From positions 32,860,001 to 32,924,000 of the forward strand of contig OY740806.1 in the NCBI GenBank assembly GCA_963514005.1: a DNA stretch of 64,000 nucleotides, read 5' to 3'. The notes under the pieces are model-generated. The model searched no databases, was not told where the DNA came from, and saw only the letters and a list, made by a program, of their open reading frames with translations. Below, one piece after another: positions 25,672 through 40,269 of the stretch. A program made the position numbers and the translations under genes. This DNA comes from Raja brachyura. Taxonomy: Eukaryota. Each line of letters starts with the position of its first letter. The stretch's first letter is position 1.

Positions 25672-28425
25672 TCAGCTTTCTCTCAAGACACCCACCCAAC
25701 TTTTTGAAGTTTTATGAATGACAGACACTCTCTAATATTTTTAACATGTGGCTATTCTTCACATCCAAACCTGCATTCTGGGGTTAGGCATAAATTGAGG
25801 AAATCCATAGGCACTGATCACAAATATTTCTCAGAGGACTAAATAAGCACAGGTTAGACATGTCAATTCTGCCATTTTATCCTTTTCCTAATTGGGAATT
25901 AGGCTAATAATAAAAATACTCAGGTTGAATTTGGATCTAAACTTTATTTTCTTTACCAACCAGACAATTGAGCCAACTCAGTTTTGCAGGATTATCTATT
26001 CCCAAAAATAATCTTCTACGAGCTTGAAGGTGTTGTGAATATTTTGCTACCAGTGAATATTTTAAATTTCCTCGTTTTATTGCCAGCATGAAACACCAGA
26101 AATTATGCACAAATATAAACAGGGAAACAGGCAACTGAAACGGCATTTAATCCAGGAAATGCAGCTTTCATTAAAGAGGGTGTGCTTTTGCTGTTTTAGA
26201 TGTGAATGTTGGACTACTTCTAAAACCATAAGCTTATCTTAAAAATTGGAAACGTGGGTGTAATTGCAAATTATTACAAGATATCAATCTAATTAATGTC
26301 ATCTAATTCAAAGCAATGAAGTTCAATTAATTTATAATCATCTATCCTCAAAAATTAGGCAGCATTTTAGATTCAATGTTAAATCATTTGAACACATTAT
26401 CATATTTCAGAGCAACACTCCATCACAGCATTTTAGAGTGGGTGATAGTGGGTAGTGATGTACAATGGGTTTGGTTCAGTACTGACATGAATTGCACTCA
26501 CCATGTACATCAATGCTTTGGAAAATTGAAATGGAATTTAAAATTTACAGATGTGAAGCATATTTAACAGTTTAGAATGTAGAAAATGTTACCATTTGCA
26601 CATTATAGTTCTGCAAAGAATATGGTAATCTGTATGTTCAGTTATATTAATTGTGAAATAGAGATATCTGTGCTATCCCGCCAACCGTCACATATACGAG
26701 TACAATCAAGCTCGTGTAGTTATACAAGTATAACTGGCAGTGCAAAAAAACAGAATATGTATGGTGTTATGACATCACTCTTCCAGAGAAAGTGCAGATT
26801 AAAAAAGACAATGATGATGTAGGTTGCAAAATTGTGACTACACCCTTATTAGTCAAACAATAGAGAAGAGGTTGTTTCTGTATCAGGTGGTAATGCTTCT
26901 GATTGACAGAAGAGGGAAGAAGAGAGTATGATCAGGGTGTAAATGGTCCTTCATTACGTTGGCTGCTGTCACGAGGCAGCATGATCTGTAGATGGAATCG
27001 ATTGAGGGGTGGTGGGAGGGGTGTGGAGGGAGCCTGTGTTCCGTTATGGACTTGGCTGTATCCGCAACTCTCTACAATTTTGTGATGTCTTGGGTTGAGC
27101 AGTTGCCAAACCAAGCTGTCATTGAATGCTTACTACAGTGTATCTATAGAAATTGCTGAGAGTCTGATGCTGAACTTCCTTAGTCTACAGAGGTGCTTTC
27201 TTGGCCATATCATCAATGCAGTTGGAAATTCTGATATACACATTTATTAGAAAAGCGATACAAAATAGAGGGCTGCCAAGGATGTTAAAGTCACTGGCAG
27301 AAACAAAATATAGCTTTAAATTTGATTTAAAATTTCCATCATTGACGTTTGTGAAATATCATCTCATCCAGCATTTGATGCTGCGCAAATAATCAACAGA
27401 TTATCAACTGCACCGGGGTCTGGGTGGCTGTGGAGATGCAATACAATAGCATGCCATTTAGTATGCAATTCAAGCCTAATGACAGGTCTTTGGATGATGT
27501 TGCTGAAATGTGGTATAAAAATGATAAATGGAAAGAAGCACAATATTTCCATGGACATGCAAGCAAGGTATTAGATCACAAAATATTTTCAAAAATTGCA
27601 GCAGCCGTGTAAGGACACACAAATTAATCTCAAACTCAGGACATTTAATCTTATCGTATCCTTTTTTGACATTATTGCAGGGTACAGAGAAAGTATAGTA
27701 GCTTTTAGAAAAATGCCAACAACATACACAAAGGAGATTAAAGTTAATCTAAATAGCGCTAACAGTCATTTTCAGTAAATTAAGTTCTAAATTTGACACA
27801 ATTTGCTCTGGGTTTTCAAGTTCATCTTCTCTAATACACATTAAAACAAGAATCTGCTATCCTAACCTTCAACAATCAGATCACATTTTTCAGATTCTCA
27901 CACCTCTTTCAGCTCACACACTTCAGGTTCTCGCACCCCTATAAAACTCACTGGGGCCCACTCCCCAAACCATTTGAGCTTGAAATTAGTGAGCAAGCAC
28001 AAACTAAAGATGAATATTTCCTATGATCAACAAGAAATGGCACAAACACCATGCTCTCTTCAAATAGAGATAACCGAAGCAGCAAATGGGAATCAACCTG
28101 AAGTAGAACATGATTTAAGCACAGAATTGGTAGACTCTGAAAACAAGTAGCATAGTAGGCGAAAATGACTCGAGCAAAGTACCACATGAGACATCTTGAA
28201 ACGCATTATCTGAAATTAGTCACAGCAACCAGTCAAAACAAATAGAAAGTGCAGAGTTTGGGCTGAATATATCTCAAGCACCATGGAAAACAAAATTAGC
28301 TTTTCAACTCATTTTGATTCAGTATGAACTAAAGATTGCGTAACATGAGATCGCAAAAGTTAATGAAACTTTGTCAAAAGCAGTACTGAATTTCCCAAGC
28401 TAAGCATTAAACGTCTCACTTACTA

Positions 28426-28533
<108 letters not shown>

Positions 28534-28678
28534 TCAAAACAAACAGGTCAAACATTTTCTTTGAATACTGTACAAACAATATAATTAATATGATTTTTTG
28601 AATTATTATGGTACTCCCATAATCTTCACTTCTCCATTCTGTTTTAATTGATTCTTTAAGGGAACATATCAAATAACA

Positions 28679-29703
28679 ATGTTACAAAATTTTGAGATTT
28701 TAAAAATCAAGTCTGCAATTTATCCCATCAGATAAAGCATAAAAAGAAGTTTAATTTGACACCTAATTCACTTTCATATCTTCAGTATTAAGAAAGTTAT
28801 GACCATTTTCATACTCGGAAATTAGCATCTTGTTCCCCATTGCCTTTCAATTGACTTAACTCAAAAGCTGTGATCTAAAACCGTTAAAAGCCCATAACTT
28901 TCTTAAAAATTAAGAGAACTCAATGAAATTTTCAGTTATTATAGATTGAAACATTCTGAAACAAATATGAAACAATCTTACTTGGATGACTTGAAATTAA
29001 AGCATATAATTAGTTAGTTATTTAATTGTAGCTAATTACAAAATTCAATGAGTAGATCTAAACATCTATCCGTTTCTTAAGAAAAGATAAACTTTTTAAA
29101 AATTGCCTAAGTGTCCAAATAACATTCACACAATAATCCACAATATAACATAATTTTTAAATCTAATTTTCATGAATTTCTGGGCCAAATGGAATGAATT
29201 TAGTGTTTAATGCCTGTAAATTAATGGCCATTTAAATCAACTAGCTCGTGGGTTTTAGTGGAATGCGGTGGATTGGAACGTTGCGGTTTGCTGTGAAGTC
29301 GGTATGAAAAATACACCCGGTTCATACATTTTTTTTGGACCCCATTTCGCAACATGAAAATATGATTAAAGCCTCCATAAAAACCAACTTTTAATATAAA
29401 AATAAACTGTGTACCTTTTTTTCTCCCCTACGCAAAATCCTTCCCGTTATCGGTGCTCACGGCTTTTGAAGGTGATTTTTAAATTACTCTAGATAATAAA
29501 TAATCTAGCGTAATTTAAAAATACCTTCATTAATGAAATGTCGGAACGATTTTTCTTCCGCAACTAAATCGCCCGACATTGATCGATTTGCCCAGTCTGA
29601 AGAAAAAGGGCACTTTAAGCCCGCCCCCCTCTGAAAGGCGCCAAAGTCGCGCACACGGGGAGCGGCAGAACTGCAGTGCTGCTCAAGGTAAGTTTTGTAA
29701 CAT
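28679..29703. mobile_element. Probable non-autonomous DNA transposon
   Basis: 11-bp terminal inverted repeat atgttacaaaa / ttttgtaacat. Internal inverted subterminal motifs aagaaagttatg / cataactttctt. Superfamily not assigned. Confidence 0.55.
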
Positions 29704-30131
29704 GCCTATATCAAACTGGAAGACCGAATCAAAAATAAGATTTAAATATCATTGGAGTGCAAGTCTTTATTTTAATTACAACATAAATATGAACTAGAAG
29801 ACAAGGTACTATGTTTTTGTAGATCTTATTTCTAACAGTATTTTGAAACATGAGACAGGGTTCAGAGAAGGGAGTGACAAGGTTTGCTGTTAATTCATAG
29901 AAGCAGCACAAGCAATAATTAGTATATCTGCAGAAGATATGAGTGAGGGACATGATTTGTATAAAGAGATGTAGAAAATTCACACATTTTGACTGAGGCT
30001 AGAATTTGGAAAACACTTCCAACCTCCACCACATGGTTAAAAGCAAAGAATAAAATTAATGAGGGAATTAATTGGCAACTTAAAAAAAAACAAACTGTAT
30101 TTAGAATAGACAAGAGATTGGAACTCGTTTA

Positions 30132-30900
30132 AAAGACTTCCTGCACCCAGCACTCCCAAGTCCCTTTGCACCTCCGATTTCTGGATTCTCACCCCATTTA
30201 GAAAATAGTCTTTGTCTTTATTCCTACTACCATAATGCATGACTCCACACTTTGCTACTTTATATTCTATCTGCCACTTCTCTGCCCACTCTCCCAACCT
30301 GTCCAAGTCCTTGCTTTCTCTGCACTACCTGCCCCTACACCTATTTTCATATCATCCACAAACTTTGCTACAAAACCTTCCATCCTCTCGTCCAAATCAT
30401 TCATATACAACTCTAAGAGTAGCAGCCATAGCACCAAACCTTACGGAACTCCACTAGTTACTGGCAGCCAACCAGAAAAAGGCCCCTTTATTGCCACACT
30501 TTGTCTTTTGCCATCCAGCCAACCTGCCATCTGTGCTGGAAAGAACTGCACTTGCTGGTTAAAGGCAGACACAAAATACTGGAGTAACGCAGCATGACAG
30601 GCAGCATCTCTGGGGAGAAGGAATGGTTGACGTTTCGAGTCAAGACCCTTCTTCAACCTGAAACATCACCCATTTCTTCTCTCCAGAGGTGCTGCCCGTC
30701 CCGCTGAGTTACTCCAGCATTTTGTGTTGCTACCTGTGCTAGTATCTACCCTTTGATACTGTGGGCTCTCATCTTCCTAAGCAGCCTAACATGTGGCACC
30801 TCATCAAATGCTTTCTGAAAATCTAAGCGAACAACATCTACTGACTCTCCTTTGTCTGTCCTGCTATTTACTTCTTCAAAGAATTCCAGCAAATTTGTCA
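30132..30900 (-). mobile_element. CR1 LINE RT fragment interrupted by an inverted Penelope-derived insert (about 30533-30727)
   Basis: ORFs GWLPVTSGVP and DRLGEWAEKWQIEYKVAKCGVMHYGSRN...VQRDLGV. The insert has inverted arms. Confidence 0.88.
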
Positions 30901-31087
30901 TTCAAAGACAGTGTAATATCCTTGGCACAAACTACGAATACTAGTCAAAGATAAAAACATACAAGTTGAAAGCTGTTTTAAAGTGTTTTAATTTTTAAAA
31001 ATAAACGTTAATGCACAATCTAAAGTAAAGCAGATGACCATATACAAGATGATACAATAATGGCATTAAGAATGATTTGTGAACTTA

Positions 31088-31255
<168 letters not shown>

Positions 31256-32234
31256 TTAGTTAAAATAAACTATCATTACTCAAGCAATAATAATAGATAT
31301 GGGTGCTGGAAACAAATAAAAATAAGAAAATGCTGCAATAACTCGGGTCAAATCGTCAATGTGGAGAGAGGAATTGTTAATGTTTCAAGACACCTTACAT
31401 GAGAATTGAAAAACATTGCAGATAAACTGGCTTTAATTTATAAAGAAAAGTGGAAGGCAGTCCCTGCCAATATTAGACATTATACTTACCTACTGTGCCA
31501 ACCATATTATTCCTGCACCAATCTATGATTTCCCAATATGAATGCCCCACTAATTCTGAACATTTGAGGGTCCATAGTACAATCTAAAGTGATCACCATT
31601 CACTTATTTCTAAGCTCAACCTATATGGCCTCACGGGGCATCCCCTCTTATATCACCTCTTAAGTACTGCTACGATATTATCCCTACTCAATAGTGCAAC
31701 TCCCCATTCCTCTCATACTTCAACCTGTTACTTTGGAAGCATGGTACCATAATATGCAGCTGCCGTCCAACACATTGCTCAATTTTCGTAATAGCTAGCA
31801 TAACAATCCCGTATGTCGCTCCATGCTCTGAATTTATCTGCCTCAAGAAAACTTCTATCTATAATATTTTCTGTCTCTGTATAGTCTGCAATTAGTATAA
31901 TTACCGCTGCCACCCATCAATGCCGTCTGGGAGGAGCTACAGTTAGGCTCTTCCTGCAAGCGTAGTTGATGGCACATGTGGTTTCTTCCCTGATCTTCCT
32001 CATTTTGCAGGAGCTCTGACGCCCCTATCTACCTCTGCAGTTACCACTAGGTTAAAAGAATACACCGCTCAGCCTCCTTGCCAAAGCCTCCCTCATCAAA
32101 AGTCTCTAACTCAGACCTCAAAAAAGGGTTTTACATAGTTTTGCTCTTGCATTTACAATGCAGCACCTACTGGTGCAATTGATTTTACTATTCATGAATT
32201 TCTGCCACAACTTAACAGTGGTATATAATTTGTC

Positions 32235-32330
32235 CAGTCTGAAGAAAAATGCCGACCTGAAACGCCATCTGTCCATTTCCCTTCTCAGAAGCTGTCTGAC
32301 CTGCTGAGTTCCTCCAGCAATGTTTTGCTA
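32235..32330 (+). mobile_element. Degenerate short Penelope-derived fragment
   Basis: cagtctgaagaa...cctgaaac...gacctgctgagttcctccagca. Confidence 0.65.
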
Positions 32331-32482
32331 TTAGGTATAGTAATCTCTACACAACAGTTGAAGTACTACAGCAGTTATCATCTAGTGCACAAACATGGGG
32401 TTCCTGTGGCATTTGAGCAATTTCAACCAACTGTGCACAATAAATTCACCATTCAAGATGCAAAATAGCATCTAGTTATCAT

Positions 32483-32970
32483 CATGCCGGAAACGTTACA
32501 TCTTGAAGAAATGAGATTCCTCCTATTTGGCAAAGCAGACCAATTGTTAAAGATTTGGTCTCCTTTTATCGACTTCTTACAAGCATATGGTGCAACATAA
32601 CCTTAGAAATTAAACGGTTCAGAACCGGGTGACGGGTGGGTAAAGGTATTAAATAGGTATATCTCTCTTAATCTAATTTCCTTCTTTTTTTTCCCTCTGG
32701 CTTCTTCTTTCTGTCTCTTGCTATTCATTTCTACTCTCTTGTCTATCTATCTCTTTTTTCTGTCTTTTCTTATTATATCACAAACTAGCACCATTTCCTA
32801 CGACACTATTTTCCTCTTTCTATCATTACTTTTCATACTGGCTGTTTTATTATTAAATTAAAAATAAGAAGTTGTACAAGAATTGTAACATGTCTGTATG
32901 CATCAGGTACGTATGTACTACATTACTGTATTTACTTCTAACAAAAATAAAAAATTTAAAAATTAAAAAG
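32483..32970 (+). mobile_element. L1-clade LINE 3' end
   Basis: Reads TLHLEEMRFLLFGKADQLLKIWSPFIDFLQAYGAT* (L1 ORF2-like C-terminus), then a pyrimidine-rich UTR and an A-rich tail. Confidence 0.65.
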
Positions 32971-33152
32971 TTACCATCATAGTACATCTGATGATACCAT
33001 CTGTCAAGTGCAAGTAAAAATATGAGATGTTTAATGTGGTACAATGGGGATAAATTATCCAGAACTGGCATACACAATTACCAGATATATTTGCCTCATT
33101 GCAACCGAGGGGCCATTCTTTTTTATGTTCCACCCAAAAACTTATTTTCTTA

Positions 33153-33275
<123 letters not shown>

Positions 33276-35030
33276 CTATGGAACAGAAACACATGATACA
33301 ATAAACCCAGCGGATTTGCTGTTGTTGAAAAATCAAAAGTCAGATGCTGGCTATCTGGAGTAAAAACAAAGTGCTGGGAGAATTCATCCCAGACAGCATC
33401 TAGGGAAGGAGAAATATAATTTAATATTTCAATACTTTAAGAGAACTGGAAAAGAGAAACCAATTTGCTTAACCCTGTAACTCACGCCTCATCCTAGCAA
33501 AGATAGTCCTGTCTGAGCCATCTCCCCAACCTTAACCCACCCTTTTTGCAATGCCAGTTTTGACAATGCATTTTGAGCTGAAATGGTAACTGTTTGTTAC
33601 AAATAACAACTTGGTTTAGTTTATTGTCACATGTACCAAGTTACAGTGAAAAGCTTTTGTTGCGTGCTAACCAGTCAGTGGAAAGGCAATACATGATTAC
33701 TATCGAGCCATTCACAGTGTACAGATATATATGGGAACAAAATTTAGTGCAAGATAAAGCCACTAAAGTCCGATCAAAGATAGTCCAAGGCTCTTCAAAT
33801 GAGGTGGATAGTAGTTCATGACTGCTCTCCATTTGTGGTAGGATGGTTCAGTTGTCTGAAAACAGCTGGTACGTTATTATAATCATTAATATTTAAATAA
33901 ACATTATTAAAAGGATCAAAGAGAGCCCTCTCATGTAAGGAAAGCTGCAAATAATATTTACATATTAAGGAATAAAGAGGAATAGTTTCAAATTCTGATC
34001 AGAATGGCAAATGTTGAAAAATCTTTACACAACTTAATTACTAGACAGCCTGTAAATAAGATATCATTGTGAAACTGATAGCTTGATGCTACTCCAAGTC
34101 TCAATCAAAACATTCTACTGTCTGAGCCAATTATGATGTTAAAAAAATGATTGCTTAATGCTTCTAAATAGTTAATTTACAAGCTCCACAAATCCATTTA
34201 ACTGCTGAAATATCTGAGTGAGACATGTATAATTAATAGGGTCCACTTCACACAACTGTCCTTAAAAGGTCAGGGTGGAACTAGTTTTAGTAAAACAAAT
34301 ATCAAGTGATTTGTTTGCGGTCAACCTTCAAACTCTAGGATATAAATTCCCATATTTACCAGACCGTGTACCGGTAAATATGTCAATGTTTCCTCTTCCT
34401 TTTAACCCTCTTTCTTTTTATTTTGACCAGCACCACGCCAGTACGTTTACCACATAGGAACATTTAAAAAAATCTTACAACTATTAATAGGTGGTTGAAA
34501 TTACTCTTGTAAATGAGTATCTACGAAGTAACCACCCTTTGCCATAACTTTTTGGATCAGTTTCAGGTGCTTTATTGACCTCAGCTGACTGATATACCAA
34601 TCTTTTTGTTCTGACTCATTCAAGGCAAGCCTGTCAGCGATGAGCACTGCATCACAACAGAGTGCTGTAGATTTAATGGTACACTGTATCCACACCACTC
34701 AAATTATTCTGGTAAGTGATACTTCCTGCATGGATTGGATGATGCAAGAACCAGATACAACCAAAAAAGAACGAAAACTAATGTTGGCTCAGCAAATGCA
34801 TCTGGCTGTAGATCTGGAGCCTCCTGTAACTGACTAATAGTTTATTTCCAGGGAATTGCCAAACCATAACAACACAAGATGAAGAGAAAAAAAAGTAATA
34901 GGAATTAAAATTACTAACATAATAATGTGAATGACATGTTACATAGACACAACTGTCAAATGTCTCAGGGCTGATTGAACAGGACCAAAATTCAGAAATT
35001 AGGAAATGTCACCTTATTTTGGTTATTTAA

Positions 35031-36207
35031 CTAGACTAAGTGGGACCCGTTGGGTCCCTGTCACACACGAGGCTTGATCTCCCATGTAATATCCCACCAC
35101 TCACCCATAGCCTCAACTGCACAGGCACAGTTCATTTCCCCTCATCCCTAGCACTCTCTCCCCCTCCTCTTTCCCCTCCCTCACCTCTCCCTCTCCTTTC
35201 CCCTACCCTCAGTCGCTCCCTCCCTCCTCTCCCTACACCCCTCCTATCCCTCTATCCCCCACTCCTCACCTCTCCCTATGCCCTCCTCTCCCTCTATTCC
35301 CCAATCTCTACCTCCCCCACTTCTACCTCCCTCCACTCCCTCTATTTCCCCTCCTCTCCCACTCTCCCTCCTCATTTCCCTCTCCTCCTACCCTCCCCCA
35401 CCTCTCCTTTCCCCTAACCTCAGTCACTCCCTTCTTCCCTCCATAACTCCTCTCCCCACTACCCCACTCTCCCTCCCCAGGATCTCGAGGTTACTGCTCC
35501 TCTCTCTTCTTGCATGCCCCCTGGAGGAGCATCAGCCGTCGGCGTGGATCCTTGGCACCAGCAGCTGTGGGGGGGGGGGGGGGGGGGGGAGGGAAGAGCT
35601 CGTAGAAAAGACGGGGGAAAAGCCATGGGCGAAAGGGGGGTATCACGTAGGGAGGGGGGCAGGAGCCACCGAGGGGGATCAGAGGGGAAGGGGCTGGAGC
35701 TGCGGGGCGTTGTGATGGCGGTGCGTTTGGGACTCACAGCGGCCGATGGACGCTCTCCTCCGCCGGGATCAGATTTTCCGCTTTCCGTTTGGCGACATCT
35801 CCCAGGCCGGGCAGGACATGGCAGCGCCACTTCCGGTCCCTCTGAAAATTGTGTGCGGTTGGAGACTTCCGCCGACCACCCACAGCGTCCCTCAGCTCCA
35901 GTAAAGACGCGATGGCGCAGGAAAGGGTGGACCGTCCCACGGAGTGACAGGAGGAGAGACCTATCTGCGTGGCGCTGACTTGCAGGAGTGGAGATCGATC
36001 TGCGCACGCGTGGGTTTTTAAGATTTTTAAACTCGCTAAATTTTACAATATACCACCGATCGGAACGAAACTTGTTGCACTCGCAGCACAGGAGAACGGT
36101 GAGTAAGATGGCAAAAAATCGTAGCACTATCGTGTACCGTTTTTGCGTAAATAGAAAAACCTCGCAAACCGGAAGAGCACAAGATCAGAGTTTTAGTTGT
36201 GTATAGA
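35031..36207 (-). mobile_element. Non-autonomous Helitron
   Basis: Minus strand A|TCTATACAC...GGGACCC-AAC-GGGTCCC-ACTTAGT-CTAG|T. Has 5' TC, a 3' hairpin, terminal CTAG and an A/T target without TSD. Confidence 0.85.
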
Positions 36208-36516
36208 TGACATTTTAGTGTTTTCTAAAAGAGAATTTAATTGCAGCTACTGTTACCAAAAGGTTTACAGACAAAAACTAATTTGAAAAAAAGCTATTTA
36301 CTTTGCTTATTGGATTATAAAAATCATTAGTTGTCCAAACCTAATTAAGGTGCAGCCCATGACTCCTTGAAGCAGATCATACATTTTTAATGGCTTAAGA
36401 AACTTAATTACACTTAGGCAGACATTTTTCAGCATGACTGAAAAATTAAACTAGTTATAATTAACAGATAAAACATCGTTTTGACGTCACAAGGCAGACT
36501 AAAAAAAAATGTTGGT

Positions 36517-36651
36517 GTGTAGGAAAGAACTGCAGATGCTGGTTTAAATTGAAGGTAGACACAAAATGCTGGAGTAAATCAGCGGGACAGGCAGCATCTC
36601 TGGATAGAAGGAATGGGTGACATTTTGGGTCGAGACCCTTCTTGAGACTGA
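36517..36651 (-). mobile_element. Short Penelope-derived insertion (mutated hammerhead core)
   Basis: gtgtaggaaagaactgcagatgctgg...gggtcgagacccttcttgagactga. Confidence 0.8.
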
Positions 36652-37639
36652 TTTATTTGGTGTATTTGGCACCAATAGAAGTTGGGCCAAATTTTATAAA
36701 TTGTATATAGCAGTAAATGCATTTACTCGATCTCACCTCTATATTGTATGCTATTCAGGTACATGCAGACCCAACTAAAGTGAGTGTTCACAGGAGCAAT
36801 TCTTTTAATGTTATTTTTCAGTTATTTTTGAAGTTTATCATGATTGCTTCCAAATGAACGCAACTCATTTACAAAACTGCACCAAACAATGAAATACTGC
36901 CTTAAACACTGGATTAAAATGCATGTTTTTAACTATAACACATCCTTCATTGCTCCTTTTCTCAGATATAGTATGTTCATATGCAGTTAAATATCCTGTT
37001 ACAAGTTCGCTTTTCAGTTTTAGCGTTTATGTTTCACACTATCATTTCCTGTTCCTTATGAGCTGTATTAATTTAGCAAAAACCAAAGGTTGAACTAAGA
37101 CCTAGTGTAGTTGAGTTGCTCATGTTCCACTATTTCCATTTCTCAACCAGAATTTCCAATTTTTGTCACAAAATAATAAATTGTCACAAGACTACTTAAC
37201 TCTCCAAGGATGGTGGTTTTGGTTAATGGAGCCCAATGTCCCAGGGAAAGGTAATTGATACAGAAATCTGATGTAGTTTCATTACGTTCGCAACTTTTGC
37301 ACTAATCAGGAACTCTTCAAATGGCAGATACCTGAAATTACGATCTACTTATAAGATACATAAATACCAATATGGGTTGATTGATCTGTCTTTCTTTTGT
37401 AATTTCTCTTGTCCCTTCTGCTGCTCTTGCTGACTTATGAGACTTCACCATAGGCCAGTGTTAAATCCTTGGGTCGTTGAGTTGCTCAGATGAGAGGACT
37501 GATAATTACCAAATTATAAATAATGTTTTCAAGTTGAAGACTTGGTTGACAAGTGCATTCAAAGTATTGCTCAAGGAAGAAGCAAAGGACCTTTAAGCCT
37601 CACTGGTGGAGATGGAAGTGTAGAGAGATTGGATCTGTA

Positions 37640-37990
37640 TAATGAAGGTGATCCTATTGTTGATGGTGGGTACCGATATGTTGAAATGTAGGTGGAAAGG
37701 GTAGACTAAAGGGAATAGCTTTAAATTGAGAGAGGCAACGTTGAAAGGAGATGTACTGGGCTTTAAAGAAAAAAAACACACTAGAGGGTGATGGGCACCT
37801 GGGACAAGCTGCCCAGGTGGTGATAGAGGCAGATACGATCGTAGCATTTAAGGGTCTATTAAATAATCACGTGGATATGCTGGGAATAGAGGTTTATGAA
37901 TCACATTCGGGCAGGTGAGATTCGTTTATTTTGGCATTATGTTTGGCACAAATGTTATGGGCTGAAAGAACTGTTCTTGTGCCGTACTAT
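37640..37990 (+). mobile_element. Degenerate CR1 3' fragment
   Basis: agctttaaattgagagagg...agagggtgatgggcacctgggacaagctgcc...tgggctgaa. Confidence 0.65.
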
Positions 37991-38439
37991 TCTTCTTCAG
38001 GTAATGTTCCACTCGGGTACCTAAATTTCAAAAATAATATTTAAAGTTTAATTTTTTACACTGGAATCCAAACCTCTAGCACAACACTCTTCATGATCGG
38101 GCCCCAGTTGGTCATTTCAATAATTTTCACCACCAGGTGGCATTACCATGCTCGTACACAAAACCTGTCCTATGGGTGAAGTGCAATTAATTATGATTTT
38201 ATACTTCTTACACCTTCCACAAAAATTGCAGGTCTTTCCACTGGCAGGCATAATTCCTACAGTAGGGGAAATCGGGAGCCAAAGGACATCGTTTCAAGGT
38301 GAGGTTCTTCTTCTTCTTGGTTACTTGGTCCACCAAAATATTCCAACTGGAATTTAAACTGGAGGTGGTGAAGGGAGGGGTTAAGCCAGAGAGGGTTATT
38401 GGGAAGAAAGTGCCACTTTAAATTTAGTTGCATCTGGCT

Positions 38440-39258
38440 AAGCAACCGGGCTTGAAACCACCATACAGCCATACAGTAAAAAATAAAGAACACAACATGG
38501 AGTAGAAATTCAATGTAAAACATAAAACATCCCCTCACAGCAGGATCAAAGTTTCCCGCTGTGAGGGAAGGCACCAAAGTCAGTCTCTTCCCCTGATGTT
38601 CCCCACTGTTCACCTGTGGTCGGGGCCTCCCCGAGCTCTCCGCAGTCGCCGCTACGGGCGACCCGATGTTCAGGCCCGCTCGGCGGGGTGATGCAAGTCT
38701 GACGTCGGGGCTGGGGGACATCCTCAGCGGCCTGGACCTTGAGTCGGCCACCTCCTACCGGAGTCCGCGGCTCCCAAAGTCCGCAGACCGCGCCGGGTGG
38801 AGACACAACACTGGAGGCCCTCGGCAAAGGGCCCCAGGACTCCATGGAGTTCAGCGCCGCCCGCGTTGGAAGCTCTCCCAACCAGAGCTCCACGATGTTG
38901 GAGCAGCGGCCCAAAGCTCCGGAGCTCCAACGGCGACCCAGGTAGGTATCGCCCGCTCCGCGGTGACTCCAGCGCCGCCGCTGTTGCAGCTCTGATCCGG
39001 TTCCCAGTCCCCGACAGGAAAGGTCGCCCGGATCCAGGAGGTAGGCCGTGAGGTGGGGGGTGAGGACGCGACTCGGAGAAATAGTCGTGTCCCCGCCAGG
39101 AAGCGACTGGGAGTTAGTTTCCCCCTTACCCTGCCCCCCTCCCCCACATATAAAAGTTAAAGTTCCCCCGCAAGACAGACTTTTAACGGACTAAAAATTT
39201 TTTTAAATGTAAAAGCAAACAGGCTGCAGGCAGAGGCTGCTGTCAGTGCAGCGCCCCC
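38440..39258 (-). repeat. GC-rich unclassified non-autonomous retroelement-like repeat
   Basis: CpG-rich block without a credible ORF. Its 5' part resembles 24428-24770 and its 3' hairpin resembles 14730-14770. Confidence 0.55.
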
Positions 39259-39279
39259 TAGATCTAGTGCGATGATTTA

Positions 39280-39520
39280 ATGGGAATTGAGGGGTGACTT
39301 TCTAAAACGCAAAGGGTGGTGGACATGTGGAGAGTTGCCAAGGGAGGTAGTTGAGGCAGATACTATCACAATGTTTAACATTTAGACAGGTACCTGGATA
39401 GGATGGGTATAGAGGAATATGGGCCAAACGCAGGCAGGTGGAACTAGTGTAGATGGGACATGTTGGTTGGCGTGGCCAAGTAGGGCCAAAGGGCCCGTTT
39501 TCACACTGTATGACTCAATA
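39280..39520 (+). mobile_element. CR1 3' fragment
   Basis: agggtggtgg...gaggtagttgaggcag...gggccaaagggcccgttttcacactgtatgactc. Confidence 0.7.
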
Positions 39521-40269
39521 ACAGATAAGTTTCATTCCAGACAACACCCCGACAAATCTTTGCTGCACCCTCGCGAATGCAATATTATTCTTCCTACTGT
39601 ATGGTGACCAGAATGGGACACAATACTCCACCTGTGGCCCAACCGATAAATTTATAAAATTTATAAATAACTTTATCTTATTTTCTATGCCCTTGCCAAT
39701 AAAGACGTAGTTTGTCTTTTTCAGTAATTTCTTTTCATGTGCTATCAATTTCAGGAATCTTATGACTGAGGCACTCTCATAACATTTTAGCATCTGGACT
39801 TGAATACTCAAGACAAAGGTTTTAGGCCAGTCTGATTGATAGGTATTAATGTGACTGCTTCCGTATTGAATGACTCAATGAAGTGCCTGTCTTCATTAAC
39901 ACATTGGTTCTCAGTTTGTTAAATAATGATGAGACAAAAAATCCACTTAAAAAAAGTTTAAACAAATAGTAAATAAAGATGGAAAAGGGAGCTTGACTGA
40001 CTTGAGGTTGGTGAAACTGAGAAAGTGATTAGAGGAGGTGGGGTAGAACAGCAGCAAAAATATGTAGGTGGTAACAGAATTGCAAAATCCTGAAACATTT
40101 GGCTGCAACAAGACCAGGCTAATAAAGTCCCTTTTGTTGGCCTACACATCACAAAAATTCAAGATTACTGTAAACAAGTTGTTCTAATACATTTGACCAG
40201 TTACCAATATGCTGTCAGATTTTCTTCATATTAAACAAGGCAATACAAGGAGATATTACATATCACCCC

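Noticed and set aside
35040-36206. Several overlapping ORFs of 70-222 aa
   Set aside because: Stop-poor low-complexity or GC-rich Helitron interior with no recognisable domain.
38257-39147. CpG-island-like block with many ORFs, as a possible gene or promoter
   Set aside because: It shares motifs with other repeats in the window, and ORFs in all frames reflect GC content.
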